A stretch of DNA of 62,592 bases, filler included, from Choristocarpus tenellus KU-1152 (Eukaryota > Protista > Phaeophyceae), in NCBI GenBank assembly GCA_964200185.2. It is 12 parts of 12 records of this genome, joined end to end, with 100 filler letters (N's around TTAATTAATTAA, not from the genome) between each part and the next. Parts side by side here need not be neighbours in the genome. Positions count along the whole stretch, not along the records: positions 32,649 to 38,052 come from CAXNAD020010897.1; positions 38,153 to 46,231 come from CAXNAD020005186.1; positions 46,332 to 52,607 come from CAXNAD020008504.1; 9 more parts are not named here. The stretch is one strand, 5' to 3'. Of this stretch, positions 36,730 through 49,994 are shown piece by piece. Under the pieces are notes generated by a model. The model was given only the letters and a program-made list of their open reading frames with translations. It searched no databases and was not told the DNA's origin. The first letter of the stretch is position 1; every line of letters starts with the position of its first letter. Both the position numbers and the translations under genes were made by a program.

Positions 36730-38052
36730 ACATGCTTTTATTTGATTTTATGTACTATTCAGTTTCCACTTTGTTACCCTCATCATTCACACGTCATTTA
36801 TTTTTTTCCATTTATTACTCATTTTTTCTTTATTTCTTCTCTTTATTATTATTAGTACTGTTTGTTGCCCTCATTGACCCTTCCTTATTTATCCTATTTT
36901 TTTCATTGCCTATTTTGCACACTAGCAGCCTTGAGTATGCTTCGTGATGGAAGGCATAGGACAGGCAATAATCAGATGCTGTGTAGGTCATGAATAATGT
37001 AAGTCTAATCCTTGATAGCACTTACATTTATAAAACCGGGAAGATTGGAACAGAAGACGCACAAATTGGATGCCCAATCAGAGCTATGTATTTTGTAACT
37101 TTTGAAGATCTAGTTCAAAAGAAACAAATGTATACTCAGACTAGGCCAGGGGCAATCTGACTCTAATGGTCTTCTGTGACCCTTTAGAAATTTTTCCCAC
37201 GTTAAACAGGGATATTTGCTTACCTGTCTTGAGGCTAGTTGGAGTTATATATTTATATATATATATTTTTTTAATGAAAGTATATACTCTTATCTAGTCA
37301 GACATATATTGATCTTGACTGTGCATTACGACTTTTGAGGATCCGTTCTCAAAGGAAACGAGGGGATTGTTGATCATTGTTGGAATCCATGGGTTAATTT
37401 GGCACTGGGGTCCCTATGTCGGAGAAAACTGGCAGAGTCTGGACTGAAGCCCCTATGTTACCAAATGGCAATTATGTATGCCACCACAGCATGATCTAAG
37501 GTGATGGATATTTATTATCCAGATAATGATTATTGCCCGTAGAAATCATGGAACAGGTAGTCCCTGCATGGAACATAGGATAGCAGAAGTCAGAAATATG
37601 AAGTAACCCATATCAGACCAGGCAGTAACTTTCATAGGATGCTCTTATTTATTTTCTTTTTTTTTCTCCCTTGCCATCAGACCAGGTACCCCCTTGCGCC
37701 CTTACTATGCTCTCTCTACCTTCAATTCTTTCTTTTCTGTCCCTTGTTTCCTCTGTTTTATTTTATTATTCATTTGTTTTGGACGCTGATGTTGATGTTA
37801 TTGCCTGTTTTACGCACTAGCAGTCGTCAGAATGCTTCGTGCTGGTAGGCATGAGGCAGGCAATAATCAGATGATACTCAGCACCTGAAGGAAGCTATAC
37901 TTTAGAAAGAGCAAAGGTTTATACTCAGATTAGGCTAGACGCAGACAGATTCCCCCAAGTAAGATAGGGATACATGTTTAGGCCTAGTAGGAGTTGGGCA
38001 TATTTTCGGCAATAACCAGATGATACTTGGCACTCTAGGAAAGCTGTACCTT
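36730..38052. repeat. Diverged ~0.9-kb tandem duplication
   Basis: GCACTAGCAG...ATGCTTCGTG.TGG.AGGCAT..CAGGCAATAATCAGATG at ~36918 and ~37813; TATACTCAGA.TAGGC at ~37131 and ~37920. Confidence 0.6.
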
Positions 38053-38152
38053 NNNNNNNNNNNNNNNNNNNNNNNNNNNNNNNNNNNNNNNNNNNNTTAA
38101 TTAATTAANNNNNNNNNNNNNNNNNNNNNNNNNNNNNNNNNNNNNNNNNNNN

Positions 38153-38270
38153 CGTTATCCCCCCGCCGCATGCAACCACATCCCCCAAAACCCGTGACAT
38201 GGAAAAATGGGCCCCAAATGGACAGCCGCCCCCCCCCCCCCCCCTCCCCCCCCTAAAGATACTTTTAGCC
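38153..38270 (+). mobile_element. MITE family A at contig start
   Basis: CCAAATGGACAGCCG-polyC-AAGATACTTTTAGCC. Confidence 0.8.
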
Positions 38271-38426
38271 CCATGCTACTTGTGTATGTTAATGGCCCAA
38301 CCCCCCCCTCTGGTACCCTATCATTACAACGATAAAGTCAGAGAGGAGGCAATTTATCTCAGGTGCTTGCTTGTCTGCCATCCGCCATTTTTGTGTCTGC
38401 ATCTGTATGAGGTAGACATGCCTTAG

Positions 38427-38789
38427 ACATAGTGAAGAGGAGAGAGAGAGGGGGGCAGAGGAAGAGCGAAAAGCTCAGGCAAAAGCTGACACATTGGAGG
38501 AGGGCAACAAACCAATCGAGAGGAAGCTTGCACGGGCCTTGGAGGAGCTGGAGGTTAGTGGGTTAGTGGGTTAATGTATGTAGTAGTGGGCTATCGTTTT
38601 TTGAAAGGCATGTCTGCACTTCACGTGAATGTGTATGCTTTTTTTTGTGTTTGGGTGGTGGGTTGTGGTGTGGGGCAGGGGGGTGTTGCATTGTGCTGTG
38701 ACCATGTGTGGTATGTAATGTTGGACCCGCCGTTGTGAGATGATGTGACCACGTGGCTTCAGAGTGAAGGCCAACCAGTTGAATATCAT

Positions 38790-38845
<56 letters not shown>

Positions 38846-40830
38846 CCCCCCCCCCCCTCTCCCCCCCTCTCCTCCCCCCTCTCCCCCCCCCCCTCCTCCC
38901 CCCCCCCCCCCTCCCCCCACCCCCCCCCCNNNNNNNNTTCAGAGTGAAGGCCAACCAGTTGAATATCATTCCCCCCCGCCCCCCTCCCCTCCCCCCCCCC
39001 TTCCTTCCCATGGTCCGACTGTCTTTCTGTGACCTAGGAGCGGGATCAAGTCATTGCAGACATCGAAGACTCACGTGTGGAGAAGGAGGAGGCAGAGATT
39101 CGCCTGATGAAAGTAGTAGAGACCCTACAGACCCAGGTGCTGTTTTATTGGGGTGGGGAAATGTGAAGGGGTGAAAAGGGATTTTTTTTTTATTGCTGAG
39201 AGGATACATGACTGTGGTTTATAATCTGGTGCACAAGGAAGAACCTCCTCAGTTCACACTTGGGTGGAAGTGAAGCAAAGCCATTTGCTCTGCATTGGAG
39301 TGCGGAATTGGCAATTGTTGGATTTGAAAGAGAGGGGAAGGAGAGATCTGAGGTAGTTCATTGTCACTGATAGCTTGGTTTTGAGGAGTGAGGGATTTCA
39401 TCCTGGGATGGGGTCAATGCAGGTTGTGGAAGTGTGCATCATTACTTTGGAGTCTTTGTGTATATTTTTATTTTGGTAACGGCAGGACTGACATTGAATC
39501 ACTTATTGATCTCATACTTCATCGATGGCAGATGGTCCAGATGTCAACCCATCTGAGTACTCTCTCTTGCTTGGATCACCTGATGACCCTGCCCCTGTTA
39601 CGGTGTCTTGGGTGATGTATCCATTCCTTGTGTTGTATTGTGAACACTGTGGTTTGGATGATGATGGGATGGCGTCGTTCGTTAAAACGCACGTGGCTTT
39701 GTAACAGTACAATGAGCTTCTGGAGGAGCACAAAGATCTCTTGCAACTTCTGGCACAGCAGGAGGTAGTAAGGGAGGCCCTCTTAGATTCGTTGAATGTA
39801 AGTCAGAGACAAGTGAAATAGTGGACAATGCACAGTTTGAGTTGTTCGCTTTTGAGTAGAGGGTAAGGTTGATGATGTGGGTGGTGTTGTTATATACCTT
39901 TTTTTGTTGGGTTTTGATGCATGTACTTCATAAAAAGCAGCTACACTACTGAGATGGGAATAAGTAATACTCCAACGGTATGTTGTAGTCAAGAGAGGGT
40001 TACGTTACTCTTCTTTTTTTTGTTTCTATCAGTCTGACTCGGTTCTCATTGCCTATCTACTGCGTGATGTCTATTAGTAAAAATTACTCCTGTACTCCCT
40101 ACACCCCATGTGCGCCCACCACCTCTTGGATACCCTGACCATGCCACTCAACCCATGCGTAAGATTCTGTAGATAAAGAATAAAAAAAGTGTGTGTAGCC
40201 CGATTGACTCCATTCCTCCTCCTGCATTCCCCACTTTGATTGGCCCCTAACCTCAAGATCCTCCCTGAAACTCAGACTGTGACCTTGAATCCCACTTTTG
40301 TAATCTGTGGCACTTTGAAATAGTTGGAAGTTCGAGTACGGGCTTTGAACGCTATCAGGGAATGCCAACCTGAAAATCCTTTTTCTTTTCTTCTATTTAT
40401 TTTTTTATTTTGCAGATAACCACTACTTCACACCTCTGGTACTATTCTAGTAAAAAAAACATGATAATGGTGATACACTAAAAAGCCTCAAAAAAAGGCC
40501 CCAACTACAAACCCTGCCCCCCTTACATCTAGCCCAAGGCCTTACCTGTCCCTTTCACAATCCATATTCCGCACACTGAGGTCGTTCTTGTCCCCTGTTT
40601 GTTGTGTGGAATGAAAGAGTGCCTGCGGCCCTTCTGTGACGAAGGCTGCCGTGGAGAAGTCTAAAGCTAATGCAGAAAAATTGTATGGCGTTTATGTGGA
40701 GTACCGGGATGATGATGGGGATACCGCGAGTTCGGTTATTGAGGGCGACTTCAGAGGGGGGGCGAGAAGTAAGGGAGTCTCATCAGAAGAAGGCAGTGAA
40801 AGGAGAGGAGGCGGTAGGGTTGTGGTCTAG
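38427..40830 (+). CDS. Coiled-coil protein, 3' exons 38427-38553, 39038-39136, 39708-39797, 40618-40830
   Basis: In-phase GT-AG chain: ..RKLARALEELE-ERDQVIAD..LQTQ-YNELLEEHKDLLQLLAQQEVVREAL..-SACG..AEKLYGVYVEY..stop. DLL.LLA.Q recalls Uso1/p115-type C-termini. Confidence 0.8.
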
Positions 40831-41449
40831 GAGACCTTTGCTGGAAGGCAGCAGGCATTGGGTGCAACTGAGCTTGAGACCCTGCCCGTGTCATTAGGTC
40901 TTTTACCTGTAGCCAAGTTGAAGAGCCAGGTGTGGTGAGGTGGTTGTGGAGAGGCAGGTCCTTATGCATCTTGTGTGGGTGTCTCTGAAGATGTGTGTAG
41001 GGTCCGCTTTCTTACCTTATTTGGAAAAATGGGGACTTGCAGACCGTTTCTGTTGTATTGGAGCTTGGATCTGACTACGTGGTATTGGTACTATAATCCT
41101 CTACTAGGGTTGTGTTTTGGTCCAGGTCAATGCTGGAGCACGGACTGTTTTTATTGTGCTTGGTATCCAGGGAAGTAGGAAGGGCTGAAGTTGTCCCTGA
41201 GGTGTGAACGGAATTAGGGTTTGAGTTATATATAGTTTTGCACTGGTGCTGTAGTAGCCAGGTGTGCTCTTATGGTGAAGTAAATTGGGGTACCACTGTG
41301 GTCTTTTTGGGTGTTGTATTAGGTGATTGTTGTTCTTACAACCTTGTTGAGATATTTAATATCATTGTCTGATCGGAAAAGCCTCCGCTTCACACATCTT
41401 TGCCGAGAGAGGTTTTTGCGTTTCAAGACATTTTTTTTTCAATCTTTTG

Positions 41450-41652
41450 CTATTCACCCCTTTGTTTCTATGGATGAAGTGCTAAGTTTGACTTGAAACT
41501 GTTGAAACTGTTGATTTCTCTTATCGTTCAAAAGTTTTGGACAAGAAGTGAGAAAAGTATCCTACGCGCATTTGTAATAAAAACTTAATTTTGCACACGG
41601 TTGTCAGCATCCTTTAAATGCAACTCTGGGTACAGCTCGTTTACTTTGGCTC
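41450..41652 (+). mobile_element. MITE family C, partial
   Basis: CTATGGATGAAGTGCTAAGTTTGACTTGA...GGGTACAGCTCGTTTACTTTGGCTC. Confidence 0.75.
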
Positions 41653-42673
41653 AGAGCTTACACAAGAATCAAATCGCAACTTCTTACCCATTCTTGTCCT
41701 CTCTCCTCCCACTGTGTTGGAGCGGTTGATATGGAGAGAGGAGAGGAGGGTGATTAGGTGGTTAGAAACGTTGCGTGCAACTCAACAATTGACTCAGTTA
41801 CCCCTCACCTCTGTTGAATATCTCAGTGAAAAGGCACTTTATGGGTAGAATCTTGCTGCTGCTAATGCTACTACCATAGTGATTGTATGGTACATGCTGG
41901 TATGTTGAGTGGGATGTGGGTGCAGAAGATGAAGCATGTGCTTTTGTGCTTCTCAGCATGGTTTGCGGAGGGAAGCAAAATGAACTCCAGAAGGGATGCT
42001 GTGCGGTTCTGATAAGATGGAAGGGAGATGATCAACATGGCGGAAAACATTAAGGGATGACTTATTGCATACTTGAAAGTGGTTGTTTTATTGCTGAAAA
42101 TACAGAGAGAGGGAGTGGAAAACTGTTGCTGGACCTCACCAAGAGAAGAGCAGCATCCTGAGGAGCTTTGCGGAGGATACCTACACCTGTTTTCAATTTG
42201 GTCTACTTCAAAATTCTTGACAGTGTTGCATTTTTATCTCAGTACAGGGCAAGCTTCATGTGGGGGAGACAGCAATGGTACTGAGCGGTCAACTGGGGTG
42301 AGATGCTTGTCTGCTGGAACCTCCTGGAAGGAGGAGGATAGAATATTGGAAATACAGAGTAAGGGGTCTGCAAATTCTTCTGTCGTTTTTTTCTCCAATT
42401 GACTCTAAATTTGCTTGAGAATGAGGCTTCAAACCTCACCAAAGCGTTTCAATTCTTGGATCCCAAAGGGTCCCCCTATTTCTGCGCCGAAAATCTAGCC
42501 CCTTGCCACAAGGGGAAGATATCCTCAATACCTGAAAATAATATTACACAGACCCACCCCTAGGTGCATCACTACAACAGTCCCCTGTTGTACTACACAG
42601 CTGGATATGATCTAGTGCTGCCATCTTCTCATCTCTTTTCCTCCGGAGCGTCACACCCTCCCCCATTTCGTCT

Positions 42674-44703
42674 CTAACCCACCCCATTCCCCAACCCTAA
42701 CCCTACAATTTCCCCCACCACTGCATCTACCACGGCATCTGTTGCCCTTGCATTGGTTATCCTTTTCATGCTGAGAGACCCTTGTCGGACAGGTATGCCC
42801 TCCTCCTTAAACCCCTCCTTGCTGCTGGTTTTTCTTCCATGCATCTCTCCAAGATTTCCATCACTTGAGCTCGCCATGATCCCAGTGCTCTCTCTCCTCC
42901 CAACACGGCTATGACAGGCAACAAGCCTCGCTACCTCTGCCCTGGCCTCCTGCAGTTCATGTTTTAATCGAGAGTTCTCCTTCTGAAGGGCTGCCACCAA
43001 TGTGCTCTCCTTCTCATCTCCTTCTAGAATTAGGGCTGACTCTGATCCTGGCCCTTGTTCCCAATCCGTTATTCCACCCTCATCCTTGATCGTGGAGGTA
43101 GCTATTCCTTCTCCCATCCCTCCATCCATTCCGTGAGGTCGAGCACCTTCGTCTCCCTCCATGGAGAACCCCCAGGAGGTAGGGCTTCCACTTGCAGCCC
43201 CTCCTCCCAGGGTGGCGACACCCTCCCCTGTGAGGGGGTGGCGGGTGCCACCTGCTCGTGAGGGGTGAAGTGAGTTCCTTGATGCTCGCTCTATGGGAGA
43301 GGTGATGAAGGCAGAGCCTGGGCGACTGAGGGTTTCAAAGCGTGCAAGGACTGAAGGATTCTCAGTGGAGATTGCATTCTATGTTCAGGTTGAGAGAGGC
43401 AAGAGAGAGGGAGGGTTCAAGGGGGAGGGCGAGTAAGAGAAAAAAACGTTTTTTACAGAGCAAGCTCATAATCGTGTGTGCCTTGTGATGACTCGTCCTA
43501 ATGCATGGTGTGTAATGCCAGGTCAACGCCTGGGGTCTTGTGGAGAGTATCAGAGTGTTGGTGAATGGCATGGATCATTGCATCCTCTCTGGCTACACAC
43601 TACAGTAAGGCTCTAGCGCTGCATGAAGTTATAGGTGTCAAAGGTCTTGTGAAGAACAAAAATAGAGTGATGCTTCTCAGCCCTGAGATGGTAATTAGCA
43701 CATGAGAGTATCACAGTATGTGTGTCGACTTACTATTTGAAAGTCGACTTCTGAAAGCTGACCTTTCAGCTGGTAAAACATCTAGTTGTGTGCTGTAAGT
43801 ACAAAGAAACTATCAATGATGAGTTTGCTATTGACAACTCATTTGTGAATGCTACAGATTTAGAAGTACTTATTGCAGACAACAATTCACCAACGCCCCC
43901 CTAACCCCAACTATGTATGTATGCAAAGCCTTGCCCCCCCTCACCACCCCCACCATGAAATTTTTCCAAGGTCTACAACATCTTTGTTCTCCACAATATT
44001 CGTACCTCTGGCTCCTCAGGAACTACAGCCGGCCCCACATAAAGGTGCACATGGAGTGGTTTGGAGAGCTCATCAATGATATCCTGTGTCACCTGAGTTT
44101 GTATTGTGTTTCAGGGGTGTGCGTGTGATAAAGAGTGGCATGTTGAGATGTTCAAGTGCTAAGGAGAGAGAGCAGCAACAAACAAGGACTGCACTTGGTC
44201 AGATCACAAAGTGCTCCAAGATTTGGACAAGCCACAAATTGTAATGTAGACACTCAAATGTGTACATCAACAATTATAGTGCAAGTTGAACTCAAGAGGA
44301 TCAGCTTCTTCTGGATGGTTTGTCTCGCCTTCTGCTGCACAGATTAGATGATGCTACAATAGACCTCAAGCTTTAAAGTTCCAGGAGCTAGCCCTCAGAT
44401 GGGATTTGCAGAGGACTGGGATATTTTTTTGAGCTTGCTTTTACAAACACTTACTAACTACATCTATTGCAGGCAAGCTCGTTTTCACTTCCCCTCCCAA
44501 TGCTTTCACCACACCTTTTCCACACGGTGGATAAAGGAGTACCCCAGAACTGGTGTAGTTGATGGAGGATCAAGCTGAACGGTCTCTGATGTGTAAGTAT
44601 CTCCCAGCAGGTCATACTGACAGTATGCTGATGCACATGCAAAAGGGAGACCTGCTGCTGCATTTATCTCCAAGCGGTATATCCATGACCGGCCAACCAG
44701 GTC
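42674..44703 (-). CDS. 3' end of a protein with a C2-like beta domain and coiled coil, resembling protist kinesin-3 tails; exons 44703-44515, 44092-44006, 43378-42674
   Basis: Phase-0 GT-AG chain: DLVGRSWIYRLEINAAAGLP..AYCQYDLLGDTYTSETV..P.LGYSFIHRVEK-VTQDIIDEL..L.V.LY..-NAISTENPSV..LQKENSRLKHEL..stop. Confidence 0.75.
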
Positions 44704-45007
44704 CTGGAACCCAATCAAGCGAGAGAAAGGGGTGTGGGGGATAGAGTACAGGCTATAACAGGCATCCGAGGGCTTGGGATACTCTGCTGTAAGAGGGGAT
44801 CACAGAGAGCGGACTGAGCAAGAGGGAAGGGTCAGCAAGGAAATCTAATCACACAATAGGGGTGTGAGAGGGGCAGGCACTGATATCTTGAGATGTGCAG
44901 GATTGCGGAGCCTCTTTCCTGTAGTAATAGTGCACCCGTCGAACAAATTATTATTTAAAGTAATTTTTGCTTCAAGAGTCTGGGGACAAAAATATGTGTA
45001 AGAATTT

Positions 45008-45270
45008 GAATGACAGTGTCTTAGAGGGTACAAGTTTGTCCTTTTTGTCCGTTTGGGGCTTGGCTTCCCATGCCTTTTTTTTATGACATTTTCCTACTGT
45101 TATTTTTTTCGGAGTTGGTAAAATGTATGCGTTATGAAAAGGTCTGATCGGAACAAAGATATTTAGACTTCCTAACAAATATGATAGCCAAAATTACATC
45201 AAAATCGCAACAATGGATTTTTACCCTCAAATGGACGTGACTCGACCCTAACCCTAAGATACTTTGACTC
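45008..45270 (-). mobile_element. MITE family B, full length
   Basis: GAATGACAGTGTCTTAGAGGGTAC...CCCTAAGATACTTTGACTC; flanked TTT/TTT. Confidence 0.85.
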
Positions 45271-46331
45271 TTTGTACATCAAGGTTGAAGGAGTGATTCC
45301 GACATACAAATTATTTCTACCTAGGAGGAATCTTATACCACAAATCGTGTATTTGGTACAACTCAATGTTGAGGAATAATGTACAAAATTCCAATTTGTA
45401 AATATTAGATAGAATATACACAATGTTTTGTAGATATCGCTCACTATCTTAACAGCACGTATCGGAAATTTGTCCATATGCACCGAGGTAGGATAATTTT
45501 GTGTTGCTGATCTGTCCTTACCTCACCCTCGCATGCAAGTCTTACCCTGTGATTTGATCGGAAACAACGATTGACTACAGGTGATAGATACATCATGATT
45601 TAATAGGAACGAACAGCCCTTGATTCGTTTTCGAAAATTCATTTGTATGCCACAAATCAGATCAGATTTTGTACGATGTGTGTAATAGCGCATAACTTGT
45701 TGAGACCCATTGTATCTTATAGGGGGGTCTGTTTGTTAAGCCCAGGTTGTCCATTTGGAGCTTGATGGAGCGGTAAGATATTCCAGTTTGATGCCCGTTT
45801 TGTGGGAGATTTTCCTTCAGATTTGGTTCAGGCAGGGGGAGGGGGAATGGAAAAGGAAGGTGCATCCAGATAAAGGAAATTAACCTCGCATCTGACACAT
45901 TCACTCAGATGGCATCAAAATCACTACAGGTTCACACAGGCCCTGAATGAACTCTAGAACCCCCATTAGACACTCATTAGCTTGATCCAGCGTTTAATGT
46001 ACAAGGCGTAGTTTGTGTGGGCCACACCCCAATCTGAAAAAGTTAATTCTGATTCCAAAACGGAAAAAATCAGATTCCCACACACTAAGACATCGTCAGT
46101 GGGCAGTGGCGTGTGGCATTAGAAGTAGTTTGATGTCTTCGCCAACTGTTTCTTACGTAGTCATACCATGGAGCACACTAAACCCTAACCCCGTGCTAAA
46201 CGCTGACTTTATTCTGTACAGGAGAGGTGATNNNNNNNNNNNNNNNNNNNNNNNNNNNNNNNNNNNNNNNNNNNNTTAATTAATTAANNNNNNNNNNNNN
46301 NNNNNNNNNNNNNNNNNNNNNNNNNNNNNNN

Positions 46332-46401
46332 CAAAAAGTGCAAATCGAAAAAAGGGTGAAAAACGGACCCGGCCCCCCCCCCCCCCCAGGTACTTTGACC
46401 C
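46332..46401 (-). mobile_element. MITE family A2 end at contig start
   Basis: AAAGGGTGAAAAACGGAC..polyC-AGGTACTTTGACCC. Confidence 0.8.
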
Positions 46402-48058
46402 TAATAGATCAATCACCACACCCTTCCATGTTGATTTCGGCCCTCTATAAGACTTGAGTGTTCCCAGTACACGTTTTCCCCTCTAACATATGGGATAAAC
46501 CAGGCATACAATGTTACAGGGGGAGGGAAGATGAAACATACACAGGTATAATGATAAATTATTCTTACACACAAATTCTTAGTTGTTTAGGTAGGGTTAG
46601 GGTTAGTGAACTGTGACAGATACATACCTGTACATTATCTTAGAGGGATTGAATATCCTGCAAATTTAATCATCGACTGGTGCGTTCATCCTCTACTATC
46701 TTTTGGTAGTACAGAGCCTGATGAGGAAAGGTCAAGAACCTAGCCCACTAGGGTTAGGGTTAGGAATCCTGAATGCGGCGAGTGGAAAGCAGTGCGACGA
46801 CCTATTTTATTTTGTGATTCTCATTCTCTGAGCAATAGAGCTACAGAATATGTCTGTTCGTACGGATTGCTTCATCATTCATGCTTATAAATAAAAACAA
46901 TTGTGGACGCTCATGGATGCCTATGACAGTCAGTCACTACAGTTACACTTCGAGAAGCAGTATAAGGACTTTCGTTTCTCATATTGTTATGCTCTGAGAA
47001 TTATGCCATCTCTATTTATCAATATTTTTTATATTTCTTATTGCCCATGGTCTCAATGGTATACTACAAGTGTTCTATTCTACACGACTGCCAGGAGTGT
47101 GCAAGCCTCATAGTTATTTCTCACACATTGGGTTCAATATTTTCCCCAAAGCCCATAGTTTTTTTAATTCTCCGTTGAATCGGTTGTGTGTAAGTGGTGC
47201 TGCTCTGCAACGAAGAAAGACATACACTCGTTTTGTGCAACATGGAGATCTGCAGGGTAATCATATGTGGAGGTACAATTTGCGGTACATTCCACATAAA
47301 CTAGCCGTGAATCAACAAAAGCAGATATTGCTTGGACAGAGGTTTGAACCCTGGGCAAATCAGGGCAGAAGTAATCATAAGTACCCACAGTCACCACAGC
47401 AAAAGGTGTACAGATAGGACTAGCACGGTTCCATTGGAGTTATGCCATGTGAATGTGTGGCGTATTTTTTAATGTATATATTTTTCGTATGTTCTGATTA
47501 ACACCTGTTGTTTCTGCCGGGACAGAGGTGAGGCATCTCATGAGCAGTCTGATTGACTCTAAAGATTCAGTGTTGCCAAGCCAAAGAAATACAAGCATAT
47601 ATAAGTCTTTTCATTGGTGGTATGCAGCACATTTGCACTTGCAAAAAATAGGTGAAAAGCTCATCAAACACACTACTATCCTTTTACAACTTCATACAGA
47701 GAGGGCTTGCGAGGACACCTTGAGTATGCATTCACATTATTCTCATTTTCCCACTATACCCCCTGGCATGTCATAGTCCGACTCACTCCACAAAGCTTTG
47801 GTGTTGGTGCTGAACATCATCTGACCAGCGCAACTATCAACGTGTGAACTGGACTGTTCCTGTCTTCTACGCACAATAATGTCATGTCAGGGATGTGAAG
47901 GAAGGTTTCCCGATAAGAACAAAATGTAGGTGAAGTGGACTATCAAGTAAGCATAGTATGTAAGGGTGAAGTTTATCGTTCAAGTTCAGACTCAGTCATA
48001 TCTAGTTGGGTATATATGTAGGGAAAATGATTGGGGAGGATGTGTGATGTAGACTCGC

Positions 48059-49960
48059 CTGGCTTCCGATTAGGTTGTGGCTAAGATCCAGGTGTGTGAG
48101 GGTCTTGTTTCCCCTCATGTTTTTGACAAAGTTTGCTGCCTTTTGGTATGGGTGGGGGTGGACAAAGGAGGGGTGTGTGAAATAGGTGTCAGGTAAGCAA
48201 CCCGGATTGCAAGTCACTCGGAGACATCTCAACAAAGTCCGGTCAGGGCATGCTGGGGGTGGGTCATGACTCTCAACCCCAACTCGAAGAGAATCATCAC
48301 TGAAGCAGATACCAATTGTATATCATCAATGGTTTGAGAAAACGCGTCCTAGAGGAGGGTAGATATTGATTATTTTATTGATTAGGGGGAACGCTAATGT
48401 GATGCCTGACACCTCATTTTCTGGCCCAAATCCAGGTTTCCCCCACCAGGAGTTTGTGGATGTAGAAGATGGAATCCCTGTGGATGGGTGTTTTGTCATT
48501 GAAATGGAGGATGTAGGGACATGATGATGATTTCAGAAAGCAGAAACGAGAACCCTGTACCGAAATGGCACCCCCCTCTAGGATTGTTCAACTACCTGCA
48601 TTAAAAAGGAATATTATGCAAGGGAGACGAACAAACTGATATATATATATATATATAAATATATACGTGGAATTATAGCATAGTAGCATAATAGTGCAAT
48701 GGCATAATGGCAACATAGATTATTTGTTCACCTCAAAGTCGTCAACATCGGCCCTGGATAGGACAAACTTAGCCAACGTGGCCTTCGGGTCAGAGAAGTA
48801 GAGAGCAAGTGCTCGAGACCCCTGCTTAACAATTCAGTGAGAACCAGAGGGGAAGTTTTGGGAATGAATGAACAGGAGCAGGATTGGTCTCTACCTGGAA
48901 ACAGAATACGACTGAGAACATTTGCTGCTGGGCAAATGGACAAGCACTAAATCATGGTGAAATCCTAATGAGGCTAATTTGACTACACGACAGGGGGTCA
49001 GTAAATTTGTCATAGACCATGCTGAAATAGGCTGGTGGAGGAGCCTTTCGCACCAGCAATAGCTTCATCTGGTCGCAAAATTCTACTCTGAAGGTAGAAT
49101 GGAGGGTAACCTGGTTGATGCAGTACTTTGTCATGGCTAACCTGACTGAGAATTGTTCACCTTCTGAATGAGGTAAGCTTTGACACTCGGAGCTCTTTAG
49201 GTGCATGAGACAGAATCGACAAACAATCAAACAGCAAAAGATGAGATAATCTGAAGTTGGGGTGAGGAGTACATGCAAAGTTGTGGTTGCATGCCCTTGC
49301 ACCCCCCACTACCAAGTGCAGTTTTCACCTGGCGGTCTAGTTTGTTCTCACTCAGGTCCAGCGCATGCAAATCATGTCTCAGTTTGATAGCCTGCCAATA
49401 GATGGTTGCAATTAGATGAATATTTTCAGAGTGCTGGTGTGAGCATGATGTATCAAATTCGACTACACATGGCACCCTTGTTGAAACTAAAACATAACAA
49501 CAGTAGTAGCCATTATGAGCTATTATTTTGGGAACCATGCCTGAATGTTGCTGACATTTCTTAATATATCACCGATTCCTTCCTTTGATATAATCAGTTT
49601 TCCGCACCTGAGCTTGCCATGTTGATAGGTACAAAATACTCACCCACATATTTGGAGATAAAAATTTTGCTTAGCACTGCTCTACCCCACCTTCTTCATT
49701 TTTGTGTGCAATGCTTTGTGTGTACACATCAGTTTGCCAAAGAGGTACGACAAGCTCTATAGAACTAGCAAGGAAATTTGGACCCCGTCAGTGAAGTAAC
49801 AGATGTATGTCTTGTGATTTCTCTGAAGTGCATTTCATTGATAGAGAAGACGCAAAGTATCTGGGAGGGGGGGTGGGNNNNNNNNNNCGGCAGCGTGGGG
49901 AATAGGATGAGTTGTGTTGTTTTTTGATTTAGAAAGTGGATAGGTAAAAAAAAGAGGAGA

Positions 49961-49994
<34 letters not shown>

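Noticed and set aside
38571-39011. Poly-Pro/poly-Gly ORFs and a duplicated TTCAGAGTGAAGGCCAACCAGTTGAATATCATT
   Set aside because: An intronic poly-C tract with an internal N gap; the duplication is probably a scaffolding overlap.
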